From: Rhynchobatus australiae
Lineage: Eukaryota
NCBI GenBank assembly: GCA_034780895.1
Contig: JAUZTB010000027.1
Location: 26,156,626-26,220,622, forward strand
Reading direction: 5' to 3'
DNA length: 63,997 nt
Each line of letters starts with the position of its first letter. The first letter of the stretch is position 1. The notes under the pieces were generated by a model that was given only the letters and a program-made list of their open reading frames with translations, had not been told where the DNA came from and ran no database searches. The position numbers and the translations under genes are program-made. Shown one piece after another: positions 1 to 12,768 of this stretch.

Positions 1-394
1 ATGTCATTTGCTTCATCTTGGTGATTATGAATGTAACATATGCATTTGGTACCACAGCCAAGTGACCACGTCTCCCTTTGATCTCTAATTTACACTACCC
101 TTTTTATTACATGTTTAAGACTAAGTAAGTAAACCAATTTAGGAAGATTTGACGGTTCCTCAGAATAAAGTAAATTGGAAATGGAAATATGAAGTATTTG
201 TTCACAAAAATAAAGAATAAATAAGGCTGGAGGATAATAAATAACTGAGATTTTCCAATCAAAATTAAGCTGTTAATAACAGTACAGATCAAAATTCAGG
301 GGTATAATCTGAGTATAGTTGATTGAACATGCCATTACCATGTAGAACATAAGTAGAACTTAATTTTGGATTATGCCAGTCAACACTGGGCTCA

Positions 395-700
395 CTCTGA
401 TCGAAAGAGCATTGAAATGTCAATCAGGACAAAGATACATTAGAGAGGTTTGAAGAGAAAAGTGACCAGATTGGTTCTGGTTTAAGGTGTTATGCTCCCA
501 CAACAGTGCTAAACATGACTGCAAAGAAGATGGAGTAGGGAGATGGTTCACTTCCTTAAAATTCTGTGAAGTACAGCTTATGGAGAATTATAGAATACTA
601 CATAGAAAGAGGAAAGCTGTTTTATTATATTTGTTGGCAAACAAACAAACTTTAAAAGATTCAAAGATCGCTTTATCTCTAGAGTGCTAGATCAACAACA
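395..700 (+). mobile_element. Highly decayed CR1-like LINE ORF2 C-terminal fragment
   Basis: The stretch acattagagaggtttgaagagaaaagtgaccagattggttctggtttaagg resembles the CR1 LERVQRR.T..I.GL region; no intact frame. Confidence 0.35.
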
Positions 701-2350
701 GAGTTGGATAGATAGTGGATTAGAAATCATTTTGAAGTTACCCTGATAGAGACAGGTAAAGATGATCAAAATTCCATGGAACGTGGTAGTTTCAAGGTTA
801 TGAAGACTATGAAAGTGTCATCTATTGAAAGAAAATGGCCAAGTCTGAATATAGAGCTGTAANNNNNNNNNNNNNNNNNNNNNNNNNNNNNNNNNNNNNN
901 NNNNNNNNNNNNNNNNNNNNNNNNNNNNNNNNNNNNNNNNNNNNNNNNNNNNNNNNNNNNNNTTGAAGATGGATATAGTGGAGTCTCACTTGCCTATCTC
1001 AGAAAAGAATACGTTTTACAGAAAATTCCTTCTGGATACTAAATAACATGTACAATTTGTGATAAGATTAGTGGTCTTTTGGTATTCCATGTTTTCCCAT
1101 ATTCTCAAATCATTAAAATAGAAAACAATTCAAGATAAAGAGCAACCAGACTGCTTTCAGTTCACACATTTTAAAATAAATCTAATTATGAAAGTGCTTC
1201 AATTTTTTTACCAATTAGTCAGATATTATCTAACATGTCATCAATTGAAATGCTTTTTGAGATTGTAGACCATTTAGATTTTTCTTAAAGATTTTATTTT
1301 GACTCATGAATACTGATTGTGGATAGATCTGCAGTGTATTTACTGATTCATGTCTGAAAGCCTATTTATTTTAATTTGATATTCAATTTGTATCTTTATT
1401 TTATGATTAATTTACATAAAGCCTGGATGAAAAAGCTAAATACATCACTGCTCTGAAACAATGGATGCTGGTCCTATCTATCAGATGTACAACATCCAGT
1501 CTGCACAGTTTAATTCTCAGTTTTATTTTTCAAAGTTCAAAGAAATATTCACTGCTATAAATTATTCTTCCATTTTGCTTCATATATTTCTTTACTTTTC
1601 ATAATAGAAATGAGATTTAAGTACACCAAAATCTTGATTCTTCAGGTGGACCTCTCAGTTAGCTTTTCAATAGGAAGGAAAGGAAAATGTAGGCACTGAC
1701 CACGGGGAGATTGTGAAATCAAAGATCGTTTAGGGATTCCAAGCTATAGTTGAATAGGGGGATGCTTAAAGGTTTTTTTTCGCAAAAAGCTAAGGGAATA
1801 GGAAGGGAGTGACATTTTANNNNNNNNNNNNNNNNNNNNNNNNNNNNNNNNNNNNNNNNNNNNNNNNNNNNNNNNNNNNNNNNNNNNNNNNNNNNNNNNN
1901 NNNNNNNNNNNNNNNNNNNNNNNNNNNNNNNNNNNNNNNNNNNNNNNNNNNNNNNNNNNNNNNNNNNNNNNNNNNNNNNNNNNNNNNNNNNNNNNNNNNN
2001 NNNNNNNNNNNNNNNNNNNNNNNNNNNNNNNNNNNNNNNNNNNNNNNNNNNNNNNNNNNNNNNNNNNNNNNNNNNNNNNNNNNNNNNNNNNNNNNNNNNN
2101 NNNNNNNNNNNNNNNNNNNNNNNNNNNNNNNNNNNNNNNNNNNNNNNNNNNNNNNNNNNNNNNNNNNNNNNNNNNNNNNNNNNNNNNNNNNNNNNNNNNN
2201 NNNNNNNNNNNNNNNNNNNNNNNNNNNNNNNNNNNNNNNNNNNNNNNNNNNNNNNNNNNNNNNNNNNNNNNNNNNNNNNNNNNNNNNNNNNNNNNNNNNN
2301 NNNNNNNNNNNNNNNNNNNNNNNNNNNNNNNNNNNNNNNNNNNNNNNNNN

Positions 2351-2600
2351 GAGGGAGTTTTCAGACAGACGCTGTTGGGCGATAGGTGGAAACAGGTCAG
2401 GAAAAAGGTAGGGGAGGGTGATGAATCTAATTAATGGGGGAAGGGGATCAAAGAGAGAACAGGACCAAGGTGGACCTGCAGGAGTGGCAAAGAAACACAG
2501 AGGGTGTGGGTTACCTAAAACTGGAAAACTCAACATATGGACCATTGGGTTGTTGACTACCCTGGTGAAACATCAGGTGTTGTTCTTAAAGCAGTGTTAC
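2351..2600 (-). mobile_element. Penelope-like element, end of GIY-YIG ORF plus downstream pyrimidine-rich segment
   Basis: Minus strand of about 2512-2588 translates EQHLMFHQGSQQPNGPYVEFSSFR*, matching the PLE terminal motif EEQHLIFRLGSLQP.G.N..FSNF*; truncated by a gap. Confidence 0.7.
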
Positions 2601-2618
2601 GGAGGCAGAACGTGGAAG

Positions 2619-2985
2619 AGAACATAGAAAAATAGGAGCAGTAGTCAGCCTTTGAGCCTTTTCTACCATTCAAGATGATCATAGCTGACCCTCTATTACA
2701 ATATCATGTTCCTGTTCTCTCTCCCCATAGCCCTAATGCCTTTTGCATCTAAAAAATTATTATCCTCCTCTTGAATATATTCTGTGACTTGGCCTTCACA
2801 GCCTTCAATCATAGAGAATTTTACACATTCACCAGCCTCTGAATGCAGACGTTTCCCCTCATCTCAGTTTTCAATGTCTTACTCTCTTCTCCTCACCTCT
2901 GAATCTTCTCCCCTTACCCATCACCTCCCTCCCACCCCACTCAACTAAGGAAAACATCCTCCATGCATCTAGCCTGCAAGCTCTT
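2619..2985 (-). mobile_element. CR1-like LINE 3' fragment
   Basis: Begins agaacatagaaaaataggagcagtagtcagcc (reverse of a CR1 3' tail), followed by agagaattttacacattcaccagcctctgaatg (reverse of the F.QRVV..WN coding motif). Confidence 0.75.
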
Positions 2986-3870
2986 GGACATAGATATAAG
3001 GCAGCGAGGGAGGTAAAGGCAGGAAAAACCCATCAAGGTAGTTTGGGACAGGATCACAGAAGGGGTGGAGAACATTGAATTTGAACTAATGGGGCATGGG
3101 AAGCCATCAGAGGTCAAAGACAACAATATTAATTGAAGTCTACCTCCATTAGAATACCACTACCAGTAGAAGAATCCCAGGAAATATGTGGAACCCAGGA
3201 CATAAAAAACAGCAGTCAACGTCACAGATAAGCTTTGAAATAGATTTGCACCTTTTGCTAAAACCACACAATGGTGATAGATGGTAGACTAATCACAGAA
3301 TAGAGCTTTACCATTTGCTAAGTTTTTTTTACATTAAAAATCTAAAGTTTTGAAAAGACTCAAGTAGGAGAGAAGGACTTATGTCTTAAAGATGAGACTT
3401 TGGGTTTACATTTTCAACATATCAAGGCAGTCTGCTCCAGTACAAGGCCCCTTGCTGAGAACACAGAAAGTTTTATTCGACTTCAAAGTTTCTTAGTACT
3501 CAGATGTATGTATCAAAATCTATCGGGTTAGGATATGAAATTTCCTGATCTGGGGTTTTCACATGTACTTGGCAAGTGAACATGGAAAAACCACCCCTCA
3601 TGTTCTATTTGTGAAATCTTAAAAGGTTTTGACATTTAGAGTAATTTTTAATTGGTAACAGTGCTAACTGTCTTCTAAGCATTCTTTTCTTGCCGTAAAA
3701 CTAATCACAGACAAAACCACATTATTATTTCTAAAATATATTCAAAGTAGTTTGTACTTTTCAACCAATTAAATTAAAAGCTTTGTAAAATCCAAGCGCT
3801 TTGTACTAATTAGTCAGACTAAGCCAAATATAAAATTAGAAAATACATATATATTTCCCATGGGATGTTT

Positions 3871-4120
3871 AGGAACATAGAAGTTAGGAGCAGAGTCGGC
3901 CATTTGGCCCTTCCAGCCTGCTCTGCTGCTCAGTACGATCATGGCTGATCACCCAAATTCAGTACCTTGTTTCTGCTATCTCCCTTGAGCCCGCCCCCCT
4001 CCCCCCACCCCTCAGCCCCAGGAGCTATATCTAAGTCTTTCTTGAACATAGTGATTTGGATTCAGCTGCTTTCTGTTGTTGAGAATTCCACAAGATGATC
4101 ACATCTGGGTGAAGAATTTT
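3871..4120 (-). mobile_element. CR1-like LINE 3' fragment
   Basis: aggaacatagaagttaggagcagagtcggccatttggccc...gagaattccacaagatgatcacatctgggtgaaga; same family as 2619-2985. Confidence 0.75.
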
Positions 4121-5014
4121 CAGTTTTTGGTGACGTTAGAAATATGCCATTGCATGGGTAAGGATCATAAAGTTCTCAAACACATCAGGCCATACATGAG
4201 TGAAGTGAATGTGTGAAGAAACACCCACAAACAGATGTACTAACTGTGCCAATAAGAGGAAAAGGATACATATGCATCAGGAATTTATGATAAATTAGAT
4301 CTCTTATGATCTTTCTGTATTAAAATATAACTGCTCTGTGTTCAGAATTTCTGCATGGCTGAAAAGTTGTTAGACTAAGTGTAATGAGTTAAGACCTGAC
4401 CTGGGATTGGTGAAGGTCTAGATTTACTGAAGTTAGCTGGACTGAAGCACACTTGCTAAAAACTGGATATAGACTGTACTACTCAGCCTACCTTGCCTCA
4501 GTGGTTATTGTCACTTGCAGCACTATTTGAATGGGAGCTTCGGTCTAAGTATCACAGATGACACCAGTCACCGACAGCAGGGCAGGAGGCACAGAAATGC
4601 ACATGTGCGAAGAGATTTCAGGGAAACAAGGCTATGTCTGGACATCCCTGTAAAGCAGTGGCTGGTGTTGTGCCCCTCATCAGTCAGCAACTCCTGAGAG
4701 AGTCGCTGACTAACAGTGTTTCCTAGGGTCAGTTCTTCCCTTACTTGCACTCTTGTGCACTGCAGTGAGGAAGGATGGATCCCACCAATTTGTGTGACCT
4801 CCTGTTTCACTGCTTGACTCAGTGGGTGTAGTGCAATTGTACAGAGTTGAGGGGCCAGATATGTTCTGTATACAGGCCCCTGCATTACACCTGTTGTGGC
4901 TGGCAGATTAAAGGCATTTGGATGGCAAAAGTTTTTTTTTAATTTAATTGACATTAATGTTTCTAAATTCATATCAGTTAATTATGTTATAAATCAATTT
5001 ATATTTTAACTTTT

Positions 5015-5216
5015 CCCTTCTTATCAGATTCCATGATCTGTAGCCTTCCACCTATCACCTCCCAGCCTCTGTCGATATCTCCATCCTTCTCCCACCCACC
5101 TGACTCCATCTGCTAATCCTCACCTATCACTTTCCAGTTCTTGCCTCACCTCTCCCCCTCACCTCTTTATACTGGCTATCTCTTCTCTACTCTTTCAGTC
5201 TAGTTGAAGAGTCTCA
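5015..5216 (+). mobile_element. Penelope-like 3' non-coding segment
   Basis: ccttcttatcagattcc...cacctatcacctcccagcctctgtc...cacctctttatactggctatc...cagtctagttgaagagtctc, ending in a decayed hammerhead-type motif. Confidence 0.6.
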
Positions 5217-5349
5217 GCAGTAACTAATACCGTGCCTACACCTTTTAGGGCAGAGCTGAGCACTGAATCCAAATACTGCAGGATTTAGTGAGTGCATAGC
5301 TGGAGAAGCACAGGAAAAGATGACATTGGAGACCTGGGAACACCCTGTC

Positions 5350-5530
5350 CATTTTACCAAAGATGGCCTGAAGTTCCCAATGAAAGTGCTGGACTCCTGA
5401 ATAGATATCTTGCAGCACAGGAAGCCAGCAAGCCAGCAAATGCCAAAGTGAAGCAGCAGTAAGAAGTGTACAGAGAGATTCATGTTTAAACCAGGCAGAG
5501 AGGTTACCCTCACAAGGCAGGTCAGGGTCA
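5350..5530 (+). mobile_element. Possible Harbinger Myb/SANT-like ORF relic
   Basis: Weak resemblance to the PRF..LE.L and QC.KK.N motifs; lies convergent to the nuclease relic at 6130-6800. Confidence 0.3.
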
Positions 5531-5713
5531 ATGGAAACAGCAATAATTCCAATTTACTAACAGCTGTGTGGCCCCCTCATACTTAACACTACACCAATAC
5601 TCAGACACACATTTCAAGCCTTACACACTTCCAGCTATTCCAACACACTCAGCTGCACTCTCACCCCTCCCATTCAAGAGAGAATGAAGCACAACTGCAG
5701 ACTACAGCGTGGA

Positions 5714-5950
5714 GACACGAGACAGCAGATGCTGGAATCTGGAGTGACAACAATCTGCTGGAGGAACTCAGTGGGTCGGGCAGCATCTATGGAGGGAAAT
5801 GGACTGTTGACATTTCAGGTTGAGACCCTTCATCTGGACTGTGTCAGATGAATTCCAGTCCAGTCTCAATGTGAAGCGTCAATTGTCCATTTCCCTCCAT
5901 AGATGCTGCCTGACCCATTGAGTTCCTCCAGCAGATTGTATTTTGTTGCA
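5714..5950. mobile_element. Penelope-derived fold-back (inverted-repeat) element
   Basis: Left arm caatctgctggaggaactcagtgggtcgggcagcatctatggagggaaatggac (about 5751-5805) is near-perfectly complementary to right arm gtccatttccctccatagatgctgcctgacccattgagttcctccagcagattg (about 5885-5938); inner ctggactg/cagtccag also pair. Confidence 0.85.
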
Positions 5951-6129
5951 GGCTGTAGCAGTGGGCTAGTGGGAGGCCCCGTTTTACCTATTGACTGTCA
6001 CCTGTAGGGCAGAGTGCTCACCATCCTAAGCTTAGCCAATGGCACTGGAGGGTCAGAGTTAACATCATCAACAGCAGTTTTTCTTCTCACATCTACTCTG
6101 CCCTCATCCCACAATTTCTTCTACCTTTC

Positions 6130-6800
6130 AAAATTCATATAGTTTAGCCTTCCCCATCCCTTCCCTTCACTATGACAACAAAGCATGGGACTAACTCTGC
6201 AGAGTACAGCAGGATTCTCCCCGAGGTCTCCAGGTGGCAGTAAGGCTTCTCAATGATGCTGTTGGCAGGCTCCACTATTCTCAGCATGGCAATGATTGTG
6301 ACTGTACTCTGCGGCATGGTCAGAACCCTGGGCTACACTGAGCATCCATGAACAGAGGATGTAGGTTATGTCACCCAAGAATCCAAAGGTTCGCCTGATC
6401 TAGTGACTGAGTCCTGTGTAGTTCTCGGAATCACAGTTTTGACCAGGATCTTCTCTTCCTTCATTAGTCATGCATTTTCTGTAAGTTCCACAAGTGGTGG
6501 CCTTCTGGGATCATAAACAGCTTTGGAATGAAATATGAACACCACTTGGGAGCAGTCTTTCACTTCTAAATCCTCAGAAATCCACAGTCTGTGCAAGCCT
6601 GGCTGGCCCGTGTTGCTGGAGGATATTTGCTCAAGGAGAAGAGATGAATTCCCCTCGCTGGAGTTTGGAGTATCCATAACACCCTGTTTGCAGTGGTGGG
6701 TGAAGCAGCAAAAAGTGAATGTGATAAATCTCAGCCATTGCCACCTGGAAAGATCAGGAGGTGAAGAAGTTCAGAGTGATTGTGATCTTCACCTGTGCAG
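6130..6800 (-). pseudogene. PIF/Harbinger (HARBI1-type) DDE transposase relic
   Basis: Minus strand gives, in order and across frameshifts, VKITITLNFFTS*SFQ (cf. VKVT.ALNF.ASGSFQ), DCSQV (cf. DCTHV), GDITYILCSWML (cf. GDKGYPL..WLM) and EYSHNHCH (cf. E..YN..H). Confidence 0.65.
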
Positions 6801-9800
6801 GAGCATAGTATAGGTCTAGGTGAGGGATGGAGATATGCCTGTACAAGGTGATGGATCTCCATCATGCGGATTCAGAAAGTCTTAGACCCTGAATGCTTTG
6901 TTGCTGATATGTGTGGATGAAGGAATATGGCTCCTATTCCCTTTTCTTTCATCCTCCCCAGCCAGGAAAACCAGAGAGTTTTTCTCCTCCTACTTCTGAT
7001 CAAGTAGCCTACGACTTAATTCAAAAAAGAAGCCTCTCCTCCAAAATGAACTCAAATGCTCTGAATAACTTCAACTCCATTGGGCCATGGACTGATACAA
7101 TCCCAAACTCCCCTCCCCAGAAAACAGCGTTACTGATGATCCCTTTAAATAATACAATTGCAGTGTTTGTGCCTAACACTCAGATGTAATTTTCTCTGTG
7201 GAATCTACAGTGAGTGCTATTTGCATATATGTGCAACAATTTCACAGGTATGGCGTTAATCATGTGTTGGAGAAGGATTAAGACATTACTCCCATGTGAC
7301 CTCTCCATGTTTCAGGCAAAACAATCCTATCTGATTCAATTATGCCTAAGGAGATAATATCATTTGCGGTGATTCTTGTGTGAAACAAAATGGCACCAGG
7401 GCTTTGGAAATTTAATTTGGTGTGTGCAGCTACTCCAATCACACATCCACTGATGTATCTGCCCCAGAGCAATAACCCATTGGCTTTTTTTTGCTTTAGT
7501 TTTCCAATTATAATTGAAACTGGAAATATTGGGATGTAGGATGCCTTCATGTGAATATGAGGCATTTTCCTAGGATATGGGATAAAATTTACCTCCATTT
7601 GCCAAATAGAAATGGTGCAGAGTAGGAGGGTGAGTTATTTGCTTGCTTCTTGAGTTGAGTAATAGCGTGTGCCATGAAGCAAAGAAAAAAATAACCAAAC
7701 AAATGGAATAAAGCTATGTTGTCCTCTCTCCTAATTATGACAATGATTGTGTTTTGTCAAAATACTGGAAGTTCCATAAATAAGTAAGGACCAATTTTGG
7801 TTAAGATTTCTTTTTCCCCAAAGAATATGTTGAATTACCATGTAATAAGCATTATCACATTTTTGTTGCCCTTTAAGTGTTTGGTAATCAGGATGCAACT
7901 TTACTAACCATAGTTGGGTTGTATTGGGTACAAATTATACTAAGTAATGTAAATGGACTCCGAAAACAAGCAGAAATGAGAAATATGATGCTCTGGGGAC
8001 TGCTCTTATTTTATTATTTATGAAGGAGAATATCCCTTTTAGGACTCTTGGGAATCTGTTATTGTGAACAAGAACAAGGATTTTCATGATGTCAAGACTG
8101 CTTTGAAAAACATGATTATTTNNNNNNNNNNNNNNNNNNNNNNNNNNNNNNNNNNNNNNNNNNNNNNNNNNNNNNNNNNNNNNNNNNNNNNNNNNNNNNN
8201 NNNNNNNNNNNNNNNNNNNNNNNNNNNNNNNNNNNNNNNNNNNNNNNNNNNNNNNNNNNNNNNNNNNNNNNNNNNNNNNNNNNNNNNNNNNNNNNNNNNN
8301 NNNNNNNNNNNNNNNNNNNNNNNNNNNNNNNNNNNNNNNNNNNNNNNNNNNNNNNNNNNNNNNNNNNNNNNNNNNNNNNNNNNNNNNNNNNNNNNNNNNN
8401 NNNNNNNNNNNNNNNNNNNNNNNNNNNNNNNNNNNNNNNNNNNNNNNNNNNNNNNNNNNNNNNNNNNNNNNNNNNNNNNNNNNNNNNNNNNNNNNNNNNN
8501 NNNNNNNNNNNNNNNNNNNNNNNNNNNNNNNNNNNNNNNNNNNNNNNNNNNNNNNNNNNNNNNNNNNNNNNNNNNNNNNNNNNNNNNNNNNNNNNNNNNN
8601 NNNNNNNNNNNNNNNNNNNNNNNNNNNNNNNNNNNNNNNNNNNNNNNNNNNNNNNNNNNNNNNNNNNNNNNNNNNNNNNNNNNNNNNNNNNNNNNNNNNN
8701 NNNNNNNNNNNNNNNNNNNNNNNNNNNNNNNNNNNNNNNNNNNNNNNNNNNNNNNNNNNNNNNNNNGATGCTCAAGCCCCAGGACATCCTCTGTGATGGT
8801 AGAGGGCTTGCACAGTGCACCTTGCACTAAAGCCTTCTTTCATTGAGATCCTAGCATTATGGAGAATAGTGATGAAGGATGTCAGTTGAACATTAGATTA
8901 AGTGGGAAAGGAAATTTGCAGGTGGGGAGGGTGGGGTGGAATTGCCAGAGGTCATGACTGCAGAGTTAGAGATAATTGCTGGAGAAGGTGATTGCTTCAG
9001 ATCAGTCAGAGAGATGATCTGGAAGAGGATCAGGGTTGTCTGTTGGGGTTGGTTGAGGAGTCAAATAGGTTGGGGATTAAGGGGAAGATGAGTAAACAGA
9101 GATAGGATTAGCCAGGAATTGGTTGGGGAGGTAAATTGTGTGATAGTCCACAGGACATTGGCAACAAGGTGATGGTCTCATGCTTTTCCTATTCTACTTG
9201 CAAGAAAATGGATGTCTTAGGCTCCCTGACAGGACCTTTATGTAATTCCAAAGCAGGACTCAACCCTCCTGCTGTCAGAGTGTGGGTTTAGCACATGACT
9301 GAGGATGAATTTTAAACCCCTCCCTCAATTAGTGATGTCGTAAAGATTGGCGTTAGGGCATGGGTGTGTGTGTGAAGGGACCTTAAATTTCCAGCTTTAA
9401 ACATATGCAAGGACATTGATCATCAATTGCACCTACCAACATCCAGCTCCATAGAAGCTAATGAAATCCAACTTGTGCTCAACACATTTATTGTGAGCAA
9501 CCAAAAATTAATTTTTCCCCAGCTATTTTTATCACACATGCTGGGTGACCTTTTTTTGGAGGGGCTGGGAGGTGGAATTAAACACAGATTATCACTTGTA
9601 GAATAATGGATTGTCTGGGGGCAACAACTGAGACCTGATATTGGTGGTGGCTGACATGAAAACAAGTGGAAGAAGTTGCATACAGAAGCAGTGAAGCTTA
9701 GCTCAGCAAAGACACTTGTTACTACACAAGGCATATTTTTTAATGTATCTAATTATTTAATAGATTGCCAGCATTGAGTCACACAGATTAGGCCTCCGTT

Positions 9801-12319
9801 TGCAGCAATAGACAATGGGGCAATTTTTGTATAATGTACTGTCAGGCACGAATTTCAGATTTTCACTCTGTCACCTTACTACTTTGCAGCTGCCAATCAA
9901 GGAAGAAGCCTAAATTGCGGGTTAACGATATGCAAATTATGCACGGTGGTGTTGTAAAAGTCTGCCACAGAGAAAATTTAAAATGGCAGAAAAGAAGAGA
10001 AAATAGATCTAGAGTCAGCACTTAATTATTGTGGAGATAGACTTAGGTGTGCTTGCAGGCATAAAGAGAAGGATTTGAGAATCAAGGGCTCAATGTGGAT
10101 AAACAATCATAGAGAAGAAAAAGATCAGTAATACCCCACGGGTCAAGAGATCACCAAACATTAGATGAAAAGGGGTTCTGTTCACGCATGGTGTGGAGGG
10201 CACAAAACATCCAATACATATTAAAAGTGGAAGAAAATACAGTATATGAGGAGTCACTTAAGATGAGAAGTGAAAATCCAAATTCCACAAAGAAGGTAGG
10301 AAAGCCACTGAGGTAGGTACCGAACTAAATGTGTCACAATCAGAAGTTGCTGGCAGAAATCTGAAGACCATTATTGCTGTAGTAAATCCTGACAAAAGCA
10401 GAGATATACAATTGCCCATTAGATAAGCTCATCATTGCACTTTTTAAAATAGCATCTTGTTTATTTAAACAATATAAATTGTGTTAATCGCATAGTAACC
10501 AAAAGTGATTTTCTGAACTTCTATTTATCCTGAAAAAAGCAAGATAGTCTTTTGACAATGTAAAACCAGTTATATTTTTCAAAATAGGTTCCACATTTAA
10601 ATAATGACTGAGTCTCACTCAAAATAAGTGAGGCTTGACGGCTCTGAATAATTATTTATAAAATTCTCTTGGTCTTAAGTGATTCATCTCTTGCCTGTCG
10701 TGCATTTCAATATTGTTAAAGGGGCAGTGTTTTTATACACAGATGACACAATTGCTCATGACTTTACAAACAGATTACTTTTTTCTTGGTTTTAATAAAA
10801 TTAATTAATTCAATACCATCTCTATGCTGTGTGTCTGTGGGGTTGATAAACTCATGGGCTAAAATTAATGCCCATGGTTAGGGAAGGGGACAAAATCAGC
10901 TCGTCTTCCTTCCACAATTTCCAAATAAAATCTGCTGGAAAGTGAGAGTGAGGACAGTATTACATAAGAGTGCGATATTGACAATGGCTGATAATGCTCA
11001 TAATTCCTTCTCTGGAGTTATAGGGGCAGTTCCATGATATTAAAATAATTGAAAGAGATACCATGAGCTCTGTCATTATAACAAATGCACCTGTTTCACC
11101 TATTTCTGCTGGAAGTATGGAATCATGGAATCATCCCTCATGCCTCAGTATGAGTCACCCTCAATAGGGAGGCTCAAGAAAACTGAAGATGTGTGTGGTC
11201 AGAGATGTAAGGAAAAAACATATTTTGCTTCACAAATATGTCACAGATCAAAGTGTTATTGTGAGAAACTGGCTTTCTGGTTGTGCCTAGATGTGCGTCT
11301 GGGCTAAGATCCTTAATATTAAAACGTATCTTCAACAACAAAAGCGCATTTCTTTTTTTGTTTCTGTTTAATTAATTTGAACAGGCAGAATGATATATTT
11401 TTCTAGTGCAGGTATAGATGAACCATGGTCAACGATTTTTTTCCTTTATGAAACAGGTCTGGAGTGGAAATGCCAATCTATTTAAGAAATAATTTAAAAA
11501 ATCAAGAAATCAAAAACACAAATAATGCAAGAAAAACATTTATTTTGGTAAAGTTTATATTTTGAAACTGTCCAATTANNNNNNNNNNNNNNNNNNNNNN
11601 NNNNNNNNNNNNNNNNNNNNNNNNNNNNNNNNNNNNNNNNNNNNNNNNNNNNNNNNNNNNNNNNNNNNNNNNNNNNNNCTGTCCAATTAAACATGTACTG
11701 ATCACCATATCTGGCTTCCTGAATTATTCATTAAATACAAATAAAAACAAAAATGATAACTTTGATAAAAAAAGATTTGCAAGCAAAGTCTAATAATTAT
11801 GCCACAACAGTTAATTTGACTCAAATAGTACCCATAATATGCAAAGTTATGCAAATTAGTTTTTTTGCTTCAAGCTATACCCTGTAAATCAAAGAATCAC
11901 ACCATTCAAACTGACTCAGAAATGCTGTTTACTGACATTCATAACAATGTTACAAAATATGCTTTTCTTATTCGTTTTTGAATAATATAAGCTGTAACTA
12001 ATTTGGAATAAACTTCAGTGCTACATCAAGTTCACCACTGTTGAAATTCACCAAGGTGCAAATGTGCTCCAGAGATGTTCACATCTCTGTCCCTATTTTT
12101 TAAAAAAATTATCAGTATTATTGAAAGACATTTAATTTTTGAGCATTTCTTAAGTGGTATTATATGAAGAAATATAATTTTATAAGATTTTGAAATATAT
12201 GTATTTAATATTAATTGTCTGAATATTCAATCTGGCAGCAATCAGTGAGTTTAAAATGTTTTTAATTTTCTTAATAAAAATTAACAAGTACTATGTTATT
12301 TAACATTTGTAGTTGGTGA

Positions 12320-12377
12320 CTGGCATGGACTCTATGGGCCAAAGGGATTGTTTCTGTGCTGCATGACTCTATGACTT
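12320..12377 (+). mobile_element. CR1/SINE 3' tail fragment
   Basis: ggcatggactctatgggccaaagggattgtttctgtgctgcatgactctatgact. Confidence 0.55.
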
Positions 12378-12577
12378 TGGTTCTGTGAAATTCCTGTCTC
12401 TTCCTTCCTAGCCTCCAACAAGAAGATCTCGGCCAACATCATGTCAGCACAACTTTAACGTTGTTGAAACCATGATCCCTCTCCATCATCTTGTTGAGAT
12501 TGCTAACACTGGGAAATTTTGGTCATACCAGCCAATTCACATCTGCATTGGTTAGACATGTGAATAGTTCTTAAAAA

Positions 12578-12768
12578 AATTACTAGAAACACTCAGCAAG
12601 TCAGGCAGCATTCATGGAAAGAGAAACACAATCAATGTTTCAGAGTATTTGATGAAGGGTCTTTGACCTGAAACATTGGCCGTATTTCTATCTCTGTCGA
12701 GGATGCCTGACTTGCTGAGTGTTTCCAGAATTTTCCTTTATTTAAATTTCAGATTTCCAACACTTGCA
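12578..12768. mobile_element. Penelope-derived fold-back element
   Basis: gaaacactcagcaagtcaggca pairs with tgcctgacttgctgagtgtttc; centre contains ttgatgaagggtctttgacctgaaac. Confidence 0.75.

Noticed and set aside
11568-11690. ctgtccaatta direct repeat resembling a TSD
   Set aside because: It flanks a 100-N gap and is likely an assembly overlap
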